DNA of 64,000 nucleotides, from contig NGBS01000001.1 of assembly GCA_002245135.1 (NCBI GenBank), positions 496,001 to 560,000 of the forward strand, read 5' to 3'. Shown here piece by piece: positions 42,950 to 56,395 of the stretch (its first letter is position 1; every line of letters begins with the position of its first letter). The notes under the pieces are model-generated. The model saw nothing but the letters and a program-made list of their open reading frames with translations. It ran no database searches and had not been told where the DNA came from. Source of the stretch: Proteromonas lacertae. Taxonomy: Eukaryota. The position numbers were made by a program, and so were the translations under genes.

Positions 42950-43171
42950 GTTCAGCTTTTCTCTATTCTGCATTCTTAATGCCATAAAGTAGAGTAAAAA
43001 AGATGTGTTATGTCAATTTTGTTTTTTATTTTTGAATTATTTCATAATGCAAAAAAATATATTAATATAATATAAAGAAAAGGAAACCGCTTAACATTCA
43101 TGAGCAATAATGGTAGTATAATTTAATTATTTAATTACTCTACAATTTCATTATTATAACAGTATTATTTT

Positions 43172-44963
43172 TTAGAATTTAGATAATGCAATTGTAGCAT
43201 AATATTGAACATCTTTATCTTTATCATCACTCAATTTTGTCAATGCAGGTTTTACGTCTTTATCAGCAAGTGATTTATCAATTAGTGATGCTAATAATCC
43301 TAATGTATCAGCAGCTACAAAACGTACATTGGGGATTGGATCACTTGTAGATTGTAATATAAGTGGAAATACATCTTGTAATATTCCTAATTTCCCTTTT
43401 AATGCTTTACCAATTGATTGAATACATAATAAAATAGTTATTCGTTTTAAATAATAAGATGATCTGTCATATATTTCCTTTAATTTTGGTATTACCATCT
43501 TCTGAGTCCAATTTTCACCAAATAATGTCACTACTTCAGTCAAAGTATCAGAGGCTTGTGTTCTAACAGCTGTAACAGTATCTTCTAAGAACTGTAAGTG
43601 TTTTGGTAATAGATTTGATTCATAATATTCTACTCCCATTACACGTCCAAATGCTACTAATTGACTGGCAATTGTTTCACGAATTCTCCATTGTTTATCA
43701 TCACATAATGCTAAGATAGTAGGTAATACAGTTTGGATTGTTTCCTTATCATTTGATTCCACTAATGATTTCAATTTTGTTAATATCCCTAATCTCACAT
43801 CAGATGTATCATCAGGTAATAAATTCTGTATAATTGGTAATACTTCTTTAGATAAATCTTTTGATATTTCCATACTTACTTGAGCTACATTACTCTTTAC
43901 ATTTCCACTTGAATCTTCAGATAGTTTTATTAAGGATGATATTATTGAACTATTTTTGAATTGTTCTTTTCCTAACACTTCAAGGAATCCAGGAATTGCT
44001 TTAACGCCACTTGCTCTAACTTCAGCTTCAGGATCTGTTAAGAAATTGGATAAGAATGGTAACATCTCATTTGCTGTCTTTTCTGTACCTAATTTCTTTG
44101 CTAATACTGAAAAATCTTTTGCAATAGTTTGACGAACCTTCCATGATTTATCTTCAGCGCAACTCTTAATTAATGGTAATAAATGTTCTACATTCTGTTC
44201 AGTGGATAATGTTGCACTAATATCTTTACATTTCTCAATTGCCAGTAATCTCACTGAATCTTGATCATCACTGACTAATTGTTTAAATAATGGTATTATT
44301 TCTTCTACTATTTTATTTGGTTCTAATACGGTTGTGAATAAACCCAAATGATTGGCTGCTGCTCTTCTAACCATTGGAGTATCGTCATTACATAATGAAC
44401 GGAATAATTCTCTTATTTTTGATTTGTCATCTTCGCTGGAGAGTTTTTTATATATATCAGCTAATAATGCACTGGCTGATACACGAGATGTGAACCAATC
44501 GCCGTCTGATAACTCTTGTAACAACGGCATTACATTTTTTGAAACATCATCACCACTGAGTTGTTTTATTACGATTAACATACTATTCACGGCTTCTTCT
44601 CTAACCACGGTTTCTTCTTGTGTGCAAAGATTCTTCAAGATTGGTAATAAACTAACACAATTACTACCACCACCTAAAAATGGACATAATAATCCTAAGG
44701 AAGTTCCCATTTCTTTTAAAGCTTCATCTTCATTATCTAAAGACTCTTCTATAAAAAAACGATAAATCAATTAGTCAATACCCTTTAGAAGTGGCAACAG
44801 CTCATTCTTTGTTCTCTCAAGTCCAATGGCTTCTGCTACATTATTGAGTTTTTTTAATGCATTTACACGAATTTCAATCTCATCAGAGTGTAATGCTTCT
44901 CTAAAAAGACCAAATTGGTCTACTTTATCGCCTATTTAATATGAATATTTTTATTATACCCAT
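43172..44963 (-). CDS. PPP2R1A: PP2A scaffold subunit A (HEAT repeats)
   Basis: EETVVRE, DWFTSRVSA, DDTPMVRRAAA, DDQDSVRLLA, DKSWKVR, DPIPNVRF, DKDVQYYA; 2 introns at the 5' end. Confidence 0.95.
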
Positions 44964-45202
44964 AAATAAAAGGAAGAGGTTTAAAAAGAGATAAATATCT
45001 CAAACTGATTAAATTTCTGATGTTCAGTTATTTTTTTGCTTATCAATCAAACTGTTTTTTATATTTGAAATGATGAAGGCAGCTTAGAATGTACATGCAA
45101 AATATAATTTTTAAATTATTACTCGTTTATAATTACACACAAACATGTGTAAAAAGAATCAAAATATTAAATCTATACAAAAGTCCTGATTTATAAATTA
45201 TT

Positions 45203-47228
45203 TTATTTATGTGGAGTTAATAATGAAAGCTTCTGACGTTTATTTGGAGGATAATCATCCATTAAAGGATCTAATGCAGGATTAGGTAAATATTTAATTT
45301 TAGAGTTCTATATACATAATAATAATTAATATACATCAAATAAATGAGGAGAAACAGGTACAGGAGAATGATTTAATCTCACTGATCTTCTGACTGGTGA
45401 GAATATTGTTGAAGCAATATCATCAACTAATAATTCTCTTTTTCTCTTTGATAAAGGTATTTCATCAATCATTACCACAGAACCTTTCATTGAACTATAA
45501 CTAGGTGTATTGATTGGTGATAATTCAGAAGAATTGAATAATCTTGTAGGTTTTTGACTACTATTAATTGATTCACTAGTGTAATTCTCACTATAACTAA
45601 AACTATCTCTACCTTTTGTTGGAGTCATAAAATTAGTAATTTTCATCACTTTATTTGTTAATTGCTGATTATTAATTGGTATTTCTTCATCAAATCCAAG
45701 TGTTTCATCTGGATCAAATAATGATGAAGCAGTACTATTCAACCCATTATTAATATTAATATTATTATCATCATCATCATCACTTTCTTCATTATTCTCA
45801 TTATCGTTTGATGTCTTGTCATTTTCTGTTTGGTTTGAACTACTGTTATTATCTTCAAAACTAACATTTCCATGATCTTCTACTAGATCGTCTGTTTCTT
45901 CAATTCCACTTATGTCATTTATATCTACATTCATTTCCATTTCATTTTCTTGATTTGATTCTTTGTTTTCATCTTCTTTCTTATTCTCTGTTTCAGTTGA
46001 CTTTGTTTGAACTTCTACTGTGTTTTCAACTGTTTTATTTTCTTCAAGGGATTTGTTTTTCATTTCTTCTTCTTCCTTCTCAATCTGCTCTTTTTCTCTT
46101 TCTGTCTTTTCTTTCAACTCTTTTTCCTCTTTTTCTTTCCTCTGACTTTGTTCTATTTCTGTAAGCATGATTTTCTGTTCTTCTTTGTGAATTTCTTCAG
46201 CTTAAATATCTATCATAATCCTATTTAAAATAATAATATGTTTTTATATATACATCTTCAATAACTCTATAATCAGCTGAATCAGGATTCATTACTGCTA
46301 AAGCATCAAAATAAATATCATTAATTTTCATTATTTCATTATTATTTTCTGATTTTTCTAATATTTGTATCTTTATCTTCCAATATAAAGCCATTTGTCT
46401 TATTTTATCCCAATTATCTTTTTCTAATATTCCCAATTCCATTTGTCCTTTCAATATATCATCATTCTTTATTAAATTTGATATTTTTACTAATTCATCA
46501 CTTAAAGATACTTGGTTATCAATGAATGATTCTCTTTTTTTCTTTAAACTTCTTTGTAAAGCTTCATTCAAAGGAATTCCATTTATTTTGGATGGTGTAA
46601 ACACTATTGAATCATTTTCATTATTAATACTATCATTAACACTCTTTTGGGGAGTTTTTAGCTTTTGGATTTTGTTTTTTATAGCACTAAGTGGTGAAAT
46701 ATGTGCTTCTTGTTGTAACTGTGGCGTTTTAGGAGTTGATGGTGTTTCTTCTATGTTATTTAATTGTTTTTCTTTTTGTGGAGTTTTTAGTTTCTGAATT
46801 CTGTTATTTATATCTTTTAATTGTAATGGTGGTGATGTTTTCTCAATTTTAGCAGCAGCAGCAGTTGTAACAGTTTTCAACGATGATGAGACTGTTGGTT
46901 TAAATAACCTTGATTTCACTGAAACAAATTTCTTTGCAACTGGTTTATTATTTTTATCAGTTTCATTGTGCTTATTTATATTCTCTTTTGCTATGGTTGA
47001 ACTGGTTAATTTTGAACTAGGTAATGCTTTTGAATTTATTTTCACAGCTTTGTTTTGGTTCTATTTTAAAATATAAAATAGTAAATATACAGCTGTTGTT
47101 AATTTATTTGTAGTTATTGTGACATCTTTCAGTATGTTTGTTTTTAAGATTTCTTTACTTTGTTGTTTTCTTCTCTTAAACTCTTCCAATCTTGCCCTCA
47201 TTTCATCTTTTGATTTGTTTGCAAACAT
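45203..47228 (-). CDS. CKAP2-like cytoskeletal protein; +1 break at TGA 46197-46199
   Basis: RLEEFKRRK, ALYWKIKIQILE..IYFDAL, SPVRRSVRL and YLPNPAL resemble CKAP2-family motifs; 3 introns. Confidence 0.6.
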
Positions 47229-47362
47229 ATCTTCAACTTATAAATCAGAATTGATAAACTTACAGTTTAAATTTTTGAATTTGGGTGAAATTGGTTTATG
47301 AAACTATTTTTTTGATACAACCAAAACGTTTTTCGTTTTTTAATTATTTGTTTTTATAAGCA

Positions 47363-47813
47363 ATGTCTGACGATAAAGCACCAACAGTAACAATTTATAA
47401 ACCATCATACCAAATAGAACCAGACAATGATGAGACGTATTTTATGATGTGATTGTAATTTGTAGTTTTCATCCATCAGAAGTAAAAACTGTAATAGAAG
47501 ATGTACTTAGTGAAATGCTAGATGAAGAAACATATGAACATGAAAAATGTCAGCAAATAGTAGTTGAAATCACTGATGTTATAAAAGACAAAGTTAAAGC
47601 ATTGAATATACCTCGTTATAAAATTATTGTGCAAGCAACAATAGGTGAAATGAAAAATCAAGGTATAAGAATTACTTCAAGATGTTTATGGGATGTAGAT
47701 ACTGATAATTATTCGTCTGCCACATATAAAAATGTATATTATCAATTGTATTTACATTTCAATAGAATAGTTTATGGTGTACTGTTGTAGTATTTGGTTT
47801 TTATACAGAATAG
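47363..47813 (+). CDS. Tctex1-type dynein light chain (TCTEX1D1/D2-like)
   Basis: YQIEP..FHPSEVK..PRYKIIVQATIGE..QGIRITSRCLWD..TDNY..VFGFYTE; 2 introns. Confidence 0.85.
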
Positions 47814-47927
47814 ACATTTTGTATCTTATTTCCTTTATTTAATATTATTTCTATGTTATTTTGGTTTTAAAGACTTAAAAAAAGAGAGTAATTCAATGAA
47901 TGAATGATTTAAATTCCATAATCCTAT

Positions 47928-48512
47928 TTATGGATTGAATTTTTCATAAACATGAGTTCCATCAGCTCTTGTTCCATAGATTTCAACATATTGTACCTTA
48001 GGAATACCTAATGTTGATTTTGCCATCACGTATATTCTTTCTAATTTCACTGGCTCATCATTGACTTTAAAGACAACATAAACTCCTTGTTCATCTTGGT
48101 AGATATCTAATGGTCTTGATTTATTCATACAAACTAAATAACCAATGATATGACCTCCTTCACCTTTTTCAAAGCTAAATTATGATAAAACACAGTTAAA
48201 ATTATACGTAATACCGTAGGCACTCTTCTTTTCCACAAAGTTCAATTCTTCTTGATCTTTTCCACTATAATACTAAAAAGATATTTCCATACCTGATATC
48301 TTTAGCAAAGTTAATCCAGTAAACGTGAATTGGCTCATCTTCCTTTAATTTTCCATCAACTAAGTTAGCAGAATATACAACTGTGTTGATATTCATGTTT
48401 CTTTCAATAACAAATAAACAATTTGGCTATTGCATAAAATAAAAGCAGTATATACATCAATTTCTCTTGATTCTTTTAATTTGGTGTTTTCAAAAATATT
48501 ATCTGCTGACAT
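47928..48512 (-). CDS. DUF4833-like protein
   Basis: LFVIERNMNINTVVY..PIHVYWI..EELNFVEKKSAYG..LERIYV..PKVQYVEIYG; 3 introns. Confidence 0.7.
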
Positions 48513-48643
48513 TGAGTTAGAAAATCAAAGAATAAAACAACAATATTTAGCTTGAGTCCTGAGAGACGAACCTTGCCCACTTTTATTGAGAAAAAAGTCG
48601 CTTTTTCAAAACCGTTTTATATCGTTTTTTTAGTTTTTAAAAT

Positions 48644-51456
48644 ATGAATTGTTTTGGAAGAATTAAAGATGAAATAGATTTAAAGCGTCTAAGATTGAAG
48701 GATATTTTTGAGGTATGGAATGTATAATTGAAAATATTTAGACCTTTGATGTACATGGTACAAAGAAGATCACAAGAGATCAATTCATAAGATGTTTGGG
48801 AATGAATAAAGTAGAAGTAACTCCAGAAGAAGAAGAAGAGTTATTCAAAGCTTATTCAACAGATGATGGTTACATTGCATATTATTTATTTGTGAAAGAT
48901 ATGGAACAAGGTATAATATTCTCCTTGATTATATAATTGATAATAGTAATTCCAAGTGAGCAAATAACATCATCCAAAACATTTGGTGAGACAATGTCAA
49001 GAAAATTGCTTCCCCCAGGTGCAGTAGAATCAAGAGTATAATAATAATATTTTTATATATCTCCATAGAGCGATGAAGAAACTCAAAAATTACATCAAGC
49101 CTTAGCCTTCTTAAAAAACAGAACAAAAACACATGGTCTAATAGTCAAGAACTTTTTCTTCGATTTTGATCGTATCAAAACAGGATATGTAACTGAAATG
49201 CAATTCAGAAGAGGTATGAAGGAAATGGTAAAAGAATTCCCAGAAGAATTAGTGGATGTGTTAGTATCCAGATATGGTTATCAAACCTCAAGCAGAGTAA
49301 AGGATGTAAACTATGATGCTTTACAAAAGGATATAGATAAATATGGAAATAAAGATTTACCTGATTTCCCTTGGACACAGAAGTTATATCATGAACCGTA
49401 TATATATAATAATATAATAATAATAATAATATTTAGAATTGATAATTCATACACAGATGATGAATTACAAGAGTTATTCTGGAAGAAAGTGGAAGAATTA
49501 AGAATCAGACCAAAAGATTATTTCCAAGTATTTGATAAACTAAATACTGGTTTTGTAACAATGGGTGAATTCTTAAGAGCCTTGAATATGTGTAGAATTG
49601 ATACATTAATGTCACCTGAATTATTACAAAGATTAGCTGATTTATACTACAAACCAGAAGCTAATAAAATCAATTATTTAGAATTAATAGGTAATGTAAA
49701 TACAAAGACATTTGTACGAAGTTATACAGGTTATAAACCTCCATTAGAACATGGATTAGATCGAACTAGTGTATTAAAACCACATCTATATGAAGAAGTA
49801 GATCGAGTTCTTGAAGATTTGAGAATAAGAATATCAAAGAATAGAATGAATTACAATATCAAAGATGTATTTGATGATTTTGATAGAGTTCATGAAGAAC
49901 ATATTACACCAGCACAATTTGACAGAGTATTGAAAAGATTCGATTTATTACCAGACAGTGAGGAAGACTTAGAATTATTACATCAAAAATTCCATGCAAG
50001 TGGTGGTGATCATCCAAGAATCAATTATAAATGGTTTTTACAATGTGTTGATCCAACTCCTAATAATAAAGAACCTGAATTCAAGACTAATCGTTTACCA
50101 CCTGAACCTATAGTAGTACCTGATGGTATATTAGAAATATTAAAGAAATATCGTGAAATTGTTTCTCAGAATAGAATTAGATTGAGTAATTTCTTCTGTG
50201 ATTATGATAAATTGAGAAGTGGTAAAGTTACAGCACATCAATTTGAAATTGCTTTAGATAATGCTGGATTAAAACCAACTGCTAAAGAAATTCAAGATTT
50301 AGTATTTACTTATGCAGCTCCACAGAAAGAAGATTTTTCACAGATTTACATATGTTATCCAAACTTTATTAAAGATATTGATAGTGTATTTATGGGAGAT
50401 GATCCTTGCAAGAACTTAGATCCAAATTCATTGAATAATACCACAGGATTCCACAAATTAGATTATACTACCAACCGTCTAGATAATAACGAAGAATCTG
50501 AGTTAGAGAATATATTAGATAAATTACGTCATTTTAGTAGCAGTAGAAGAGTATTAATGACACCTGATTTTGAACACTTTGACTGGCATCATTATGGTTA
50601 TATTACTAAGCCACAATTCCAACGTGTATGTAAAACATTAGGTTTATTATCCTGCATCTCTGAAGATGAATTAGAAATAGTTTGTAAAGCATTTGCTATG
50701 CCACACAGAGATAGTCGAGATGATGTGAATTATACTTGGTTTGTCAAAGCATTAGAGACTTTACAATTACCAAAAGTATTAACTTCATTCCCATCAGTAT
50801 ATGAACCATTCAAACCACCATTTGATGAACCTGGTGAAGTACCAACTAAACCATTACCAAAACATACTGATTATGGTCCAGTATTTAGATCAATGGAAGA
50901 AACTTTATTATTGAACAAATTAAGATATCAAATAAAGACTAGAGGTATTAGAATCAAAGGATTAATTGAAGATTATGTTCCTTTAAGGCAAGATCATATT
51001 CCAAAGGCTAAATTACGAACTGTACTGACTAATGCAGGATTTGTATTAATGGAAGATGAATGGGATATATTAGAAAGATGTTTCCAACATCCAACAGTAG
51101 AAGAAGGTATTGAATGGAGAGTGTTAGTTGAAGAATTAAACTCACCACCAGTATTAGAGAATCCAGAGAGAAATGTTGATTTATATGGTGATGCTATGAA
51201 GATAATGAAACACACAATGATGTCACAGACAATTAATGCTAAACCAACATTTCAACATTTTGATAGACAGAATATTGGTAGAATTACAACTACACAATTT
51301 CATCGTGCTATGGATATTGTTGGTCTTACTCAGAAACTTACTCCAGAACAAGCTGAAGCTGTTGTGCAGAAATATGTAACTCCAGAACGTGATACTAGGA
51401 ATATGGCAGATTATGTGAGATTTATTAAAGATGTGGAAAATTATTATAATCTTTAA
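48644..51456 (+). CDS. Multi-EF-hand repeat protein (EFCAB6-like architecture)
   Basis: Repeated FxxFDxxxxGxVTxxQFxR...INYxxF units; 4 introns, including the in-frame 49398-49436. Confidence 0.75.
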
Positions 51457-51552
51457 ATTATTATATATGTAATATTATCTAAAACAGTATGTTGATTTTT
51501 CTTTTAAATAATAAAAGATCATAACAAGAACAACATTAATTTATCAATTACA

Positions 51553-53939
51553 TTACATAACTAAACATCCATTTCCTTCTAAATTGTGTAAGGTTTGTAA
51601 ACTATATCTTTTCAACTTCGTATTACCTGGAAATCTATTACTAACTGTTCTTAATGGAGATACAGATAAAGAGAAATTCTGCATTACTAATTTAGACATT
51701 TCTTTCATACTGCTTTTTATTTCATTATTCTCACTAAAAACTGATAATAATTTACAAGCAAATTCAACTAATTGAGCATCTTCACTATTTGCTAATAATT
51801 CAAACAGTCTTTTTATTAATCTTTTATACTTTTCATCACAAGCAATATCTCTATAATCTAATTTAGAAGCTAAATATAATGCAGTCTTTTGTTGATTCAT
51901 ATCCTTTGATTTTTCTAAAGTAAAATAAGTAGCAGCTAATATATCATTCTTACTACTACTTAATTTCTCATAATCTTCATCTGTATCACAAAGACATTTC
52001 AATGATGTAAAAATAACAGATAATAACTTCAAATTATCAGCATAATTCAATACTAATTGACATAATCTGTTAATACTTGTATTTTTAGCTTCAGAATTTA
52101 TTAGCTTATGTTCTGCTTTGCAATTTCTACCAATAAAACCAACAATTCTTGCAGATGGCTTTACTAATTCAGGTGACACTTTAAATGCTTCAATACTAAT
52201 TTCATTCAATTTTTCCATTCCTTGAACAGAGACAAATAAATCACACATTACTTGATTTCCAACCATTCTTGATAAAAGTGTCAATCCAGCTGCAAATAAT
52301 TCCAAATTACTTTTATTCTCTTCTAAAAATATCATTCTTAATAATTCTTTCATATCTTTAATTTGTAAATCCATTCTCCTTTCATCTGGTTTATCTGAAC
52401 ATAATACAGTCATTGTACCTAATACTATCTTTGCAACATCTTTATCCATTTCTACTATCGAAATAAACGCATTTATTAATGTAGTAAAGCAATTTTGATC
52501 TATAAAAAATTGACATTTAGAAGGATCGTTAAAACAGAGATTGTAATAGATTCTTGCTACATAATACTGTAACTTTGTTGATTTTAAGTGAAAAGATGAA
52601 ATATTATTTAAATCATTTGGTAAATCATCAAGATTCATTGCAGCTCCTATTCAATAATTAAAACACAAATAAAGAATAAATATACTTGCTACTAAATTAT
52701 TAAGTGTTTTCAACACATATGTTTGTAGTTTTTCATCAGTTGGAACACTTCTCATTGCAGATTTGGCATATTGTGCAACATTCATTTCCTTTAATAAATC
52801 GATTGAAACATAATCTGATTTATCTATTTCACTCAGTATATGAAATGCTGGTTTTAGTATTGATACTGTAATTCGATGTTCTTTTATTTTGTTGCATGTA
52901 TAAGCTAATACATTTGTAATATGAGCAACTTCCTTATCTATATAAATTCAATAATATCATATTATTATTATACTTGCTACTACACATTGATGATATATTT
53001 GAAGAACATAATTAGTTGGATCATACACATCATCTTTAGGAAATTTTCTCAATAATTCTTCAGATGTTTCTATAAAATTACTATTTACTAACTGTTTACA
53101 TATCTCTTCTATTAATAATTAATAATTAATAAAAATTTGTACTATTAAAGCTATAAGTAACTAATGTTTTTAAACATTCATTTAATATGGAATAATTTGA
53201 CTGATTAAACTCAATTACATTCTCTAATGATGCAACTAAAGCATCTTGAGTAAATTCATTTCTAATATTCTCTATAAACAAAATAATAATATTAATAAAT
53301 AACAATATATATAATACCATTCTTTCCAATATTATTCAATACACTTAATCCTAAATGTATTATCTCTTCTGATGTACAATGCATCGATATTAATTTGATT
53401 AATAAAGGACATATATTTTCTTGCATTATTTGTGTTACAATTTCATTATCTAATTTCTTCGATAGTCTTTCTAACAACATTAATCCAGCACATGTTAGTT
53501 TTTCATCTTCTGTTCCAGATAATAGACTTGAAGCGACAATATGACAACCACTAACTTTACAAAATGATTGAATTCCACACTCTATTTTTTATGATTATAT
53601 AATAAAGGGATTATACCATATGAACAAATATTTGAAAGAATAGTAAAAAATAACGATCTAGGAGAATTTTGACAATAGGTTAATATAACATTTATTGAAT
53701 CTTGCAAATTATTCACAGTCTCTTCATTACACGACAATTTGGGGTGAGTAATTATCAAATGTTCAAGTTTTGAATTCCATTCTTCACACACAGTTATATT
53801 TATCAAATTTTGTGCTATTGTTGAAACTATATTACACAAGTCTTGAAGTTCATTTTCATCATTAGGCGGAACCAGCTCTACATCGATTGACTCCTATTAA
53901 GTATACTTAGAAAACATTTTATACAGGGTTAATGGACAT
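51553..53939 (-). CDS. ARM/HEAT-like helical protein with C-terminal CaaX (CLVM)
   Basis: Six introns join the exons in frame; amphipathic helical repeats; ends GCLVM*. Confidence 0.6.
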
Positions 53940-54037
53940 CTTTACAAATGCTGTGTGCTAAAACTCCAAATTATTTAAATTAGGTTTGATGCTCGTTTGA
54001 TTTCACAAAAGATTATTTTTTTGAATAATTATAAGGA

Positions 54038-54935
54038 ATGAGTTTTCAAAACTATAAGCAAGGTCAACCGAAAGTACAAAGATCAACACCATTGTATATT
54101 GAATATTTTTATATTAGACCTGTTACACATGAAGATGCTGTTTCTGGTAATGATGTTGATAGTGAACTTAAATTTCTTGTTGCTGATATAGCACAATTCC
54201 AAAAAGATGTACAAAATTTAAGAAGTCATACAAAACAAATCGGTAGTGCAAAAGATTCTATTTCTCTAAGAGAAAAAATGTATTATATGAGTATTATATC
54301 CATAGAGAAGAGGAATTCAATAGAACAAGTTCCAGTATTAAAGTGTTGACAGATAAAATGAAGGGTATCAACAAAGATATTTATAATATTCGCGATACTG
54401 CTGCTAGAGTATAAGAATAATTGTAATAATTTAATAGAAAAAACAAGTGACTGCATATAATAAAGTAAAATTAGATTGTGATAGAGTATTGAAGTTATAT
54501 AAAAGTGTATGCGAACAATTAAAAGAGAAACAAACATATAATCCATCACCAATGACAGCTACAACAGAAGATTTAGCCAATGCAGATCAAAATACAAATC
54601 TATTAGGATCTGAATTCAGTCAAGAAGTGGTATTAAACACAACACTCATTGAAGAAAGAACAAGAGAAATTCAAAAAATAAATCAAAGTGTAGTTGAAGT
54701 TAATTTAGCATTTCAAGATCTAGCTAATATGGTACAAGAACAAGGAGAAATGATTGATTCAATTGAAGATAATATCAGTAGAGCAGTTGATAATACAGAA
54801 AAAGGAGTTACAAATATTGTTCAAGCTGAAAAGACTCAAAAGAGTACTAGAAAGTGTTGTTTGTATTTATTATGCGTTTTGATCATTGGAACTGGAGGTG
54901 TATTGCTAATATACTTTTTAGCTACCAAAAAGTGA
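54038..54935 (+). CDS. Endosomal Qa-SNARE (syntaxin 7/12/PEP12-like)
   Basis: QIGSAKDS; IEERTREIQKINQSVVEVNLAFQDLANMVQEQGEMIDSIEDNI; C-terminal TM. Confidence 0.9.
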
Positions 54936-55049
54936 ATGATGTTAATAAAGAGTAATTTTAACAATATTTTTACCTAATAATTCATTGTTTTATTGTTTTC
55001 AAAGGCAAAAAAATACAATAATATTATATATAATATATTGTTAATTAAC

Positions 55050-56304
55050 TTATTCAATTTTCTTTTTTTCTTCTTCTTCTTCACAACTCTCTGGATAATA
55101 TATATTATACATCTTCTTAGAAAACATCAGTACATTCCAAACTAAGCATAAATACGACAACATAAGATTAATGAAGATGTGATTCAAATTACCATCAAAA
55201 CCACCAGCAAACTGTGTTAATCTTCCTGTAGCCATAAATAGAGTCATTTGTCCCATTAAATAAGCAAATAAATTATAATCTAAGTAATTAAAAAACAGTG
55301 AAACTATACAATGAACCATATTTTCATGTGTATAAAGCAAAATTAGTAAAATGGAATAATGATAAACATTCACAAATGGTGACAAAGGAATAATCAATAT
55401 TAATACAATAATTAACATTGAATATGGATGTTCACTATACAGAAATATTAAATTAAAAAATATATATATATACTAAAATAATATTGAAAACATCATTGGT
55501 AATGCAAAATACATTCCTACAATGAGATATTGATAATAGCAATCATATTCTTCATATACTTGTAGGAATAATTGCCAATATAAACTTAATGACATTGTAT
55601 AATCTTTAGTAATACAACTAAATAACACTGTGTCAATAATATAATGTGAATAATTCAAAATGAATGGTATGATTATTATTAAAGCAAGGGAGATCAGTTG
55701 ATATATTTTATTATTTAATAACACTAATAGTGGTACTAATACTGGTATAAATGGTGGATATAACATAACCATTATTGGCAATACAATAACAGATAAAATT
55801 GACTTTTTAATACATAAAACAATTGCTAAGAATAAAATTGTATAATAAATCAATGTAGTTGATAATGCAATACAATTCATGATAGTATATGGATGCATGA
55901 AATATAATAATGATAGAAAATCAGGTGATAATGAACCTTTGTAGTTTGGTGGGATAATAAATAAGATCAATATCGCACATATTGAATCAATTGCAATAAA
56001 TAATACACCTAGTAAGGATATTGCTGTTTCATATGATATTCTACTTAATAATGGATATAGGATGGTTAGTAGAAAAGGTGAGGGATGACACATTGTTTTG
56101 AATTCTGGTTGTGAATTTTTGTAATTATAGACCATTTGAAACACTATGATTGTATTATAAGATAAAAATACTCGATTCCATAGAATTATATGCTGAAACA
56201 ACCTCAAATCTGTCTGAAAATGTAGAATACATTCCATAAAAATGTAAATAAAAACGTATAATCAACCCAATTGAAAAAACTGTAATATACTGTGAGTTTT
56301 TCAT
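55050..56304 (-). CDS. PIGU: GPI transamidase subunit PIG-U
   Basis: DRFEVVSAYNS..HPSPFLL..LYFMHPYTIMNCIALST..SLYWQLFLQVY..GNLNHIF; 2 introns. Confidence 0.7.
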
Positions 56305-56395
56305 TTTTTAAGAATATTGGTGTATGAAAAAAATGCAGATAAACCAATTTCACAAAAAACATCAAAAACAATATTTTATAACTATGTATTTGAAT

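Noticed and set aside
44822..44836. RAA-GCC-A as a deterministic shift signal (suggested by sites 6311 and 3529)
   Set aside because: GAA GCC ATT is read in frame in conserved PP2A-A, and CAA GCC ATC in UAP56.
49398..49436. YIYNNIIIIIIFR peptide in the ORF track (similarly 54094-54117)
   Set aside because: These are stopless 3n GTAT..TAG introns read through by the ORF caller.
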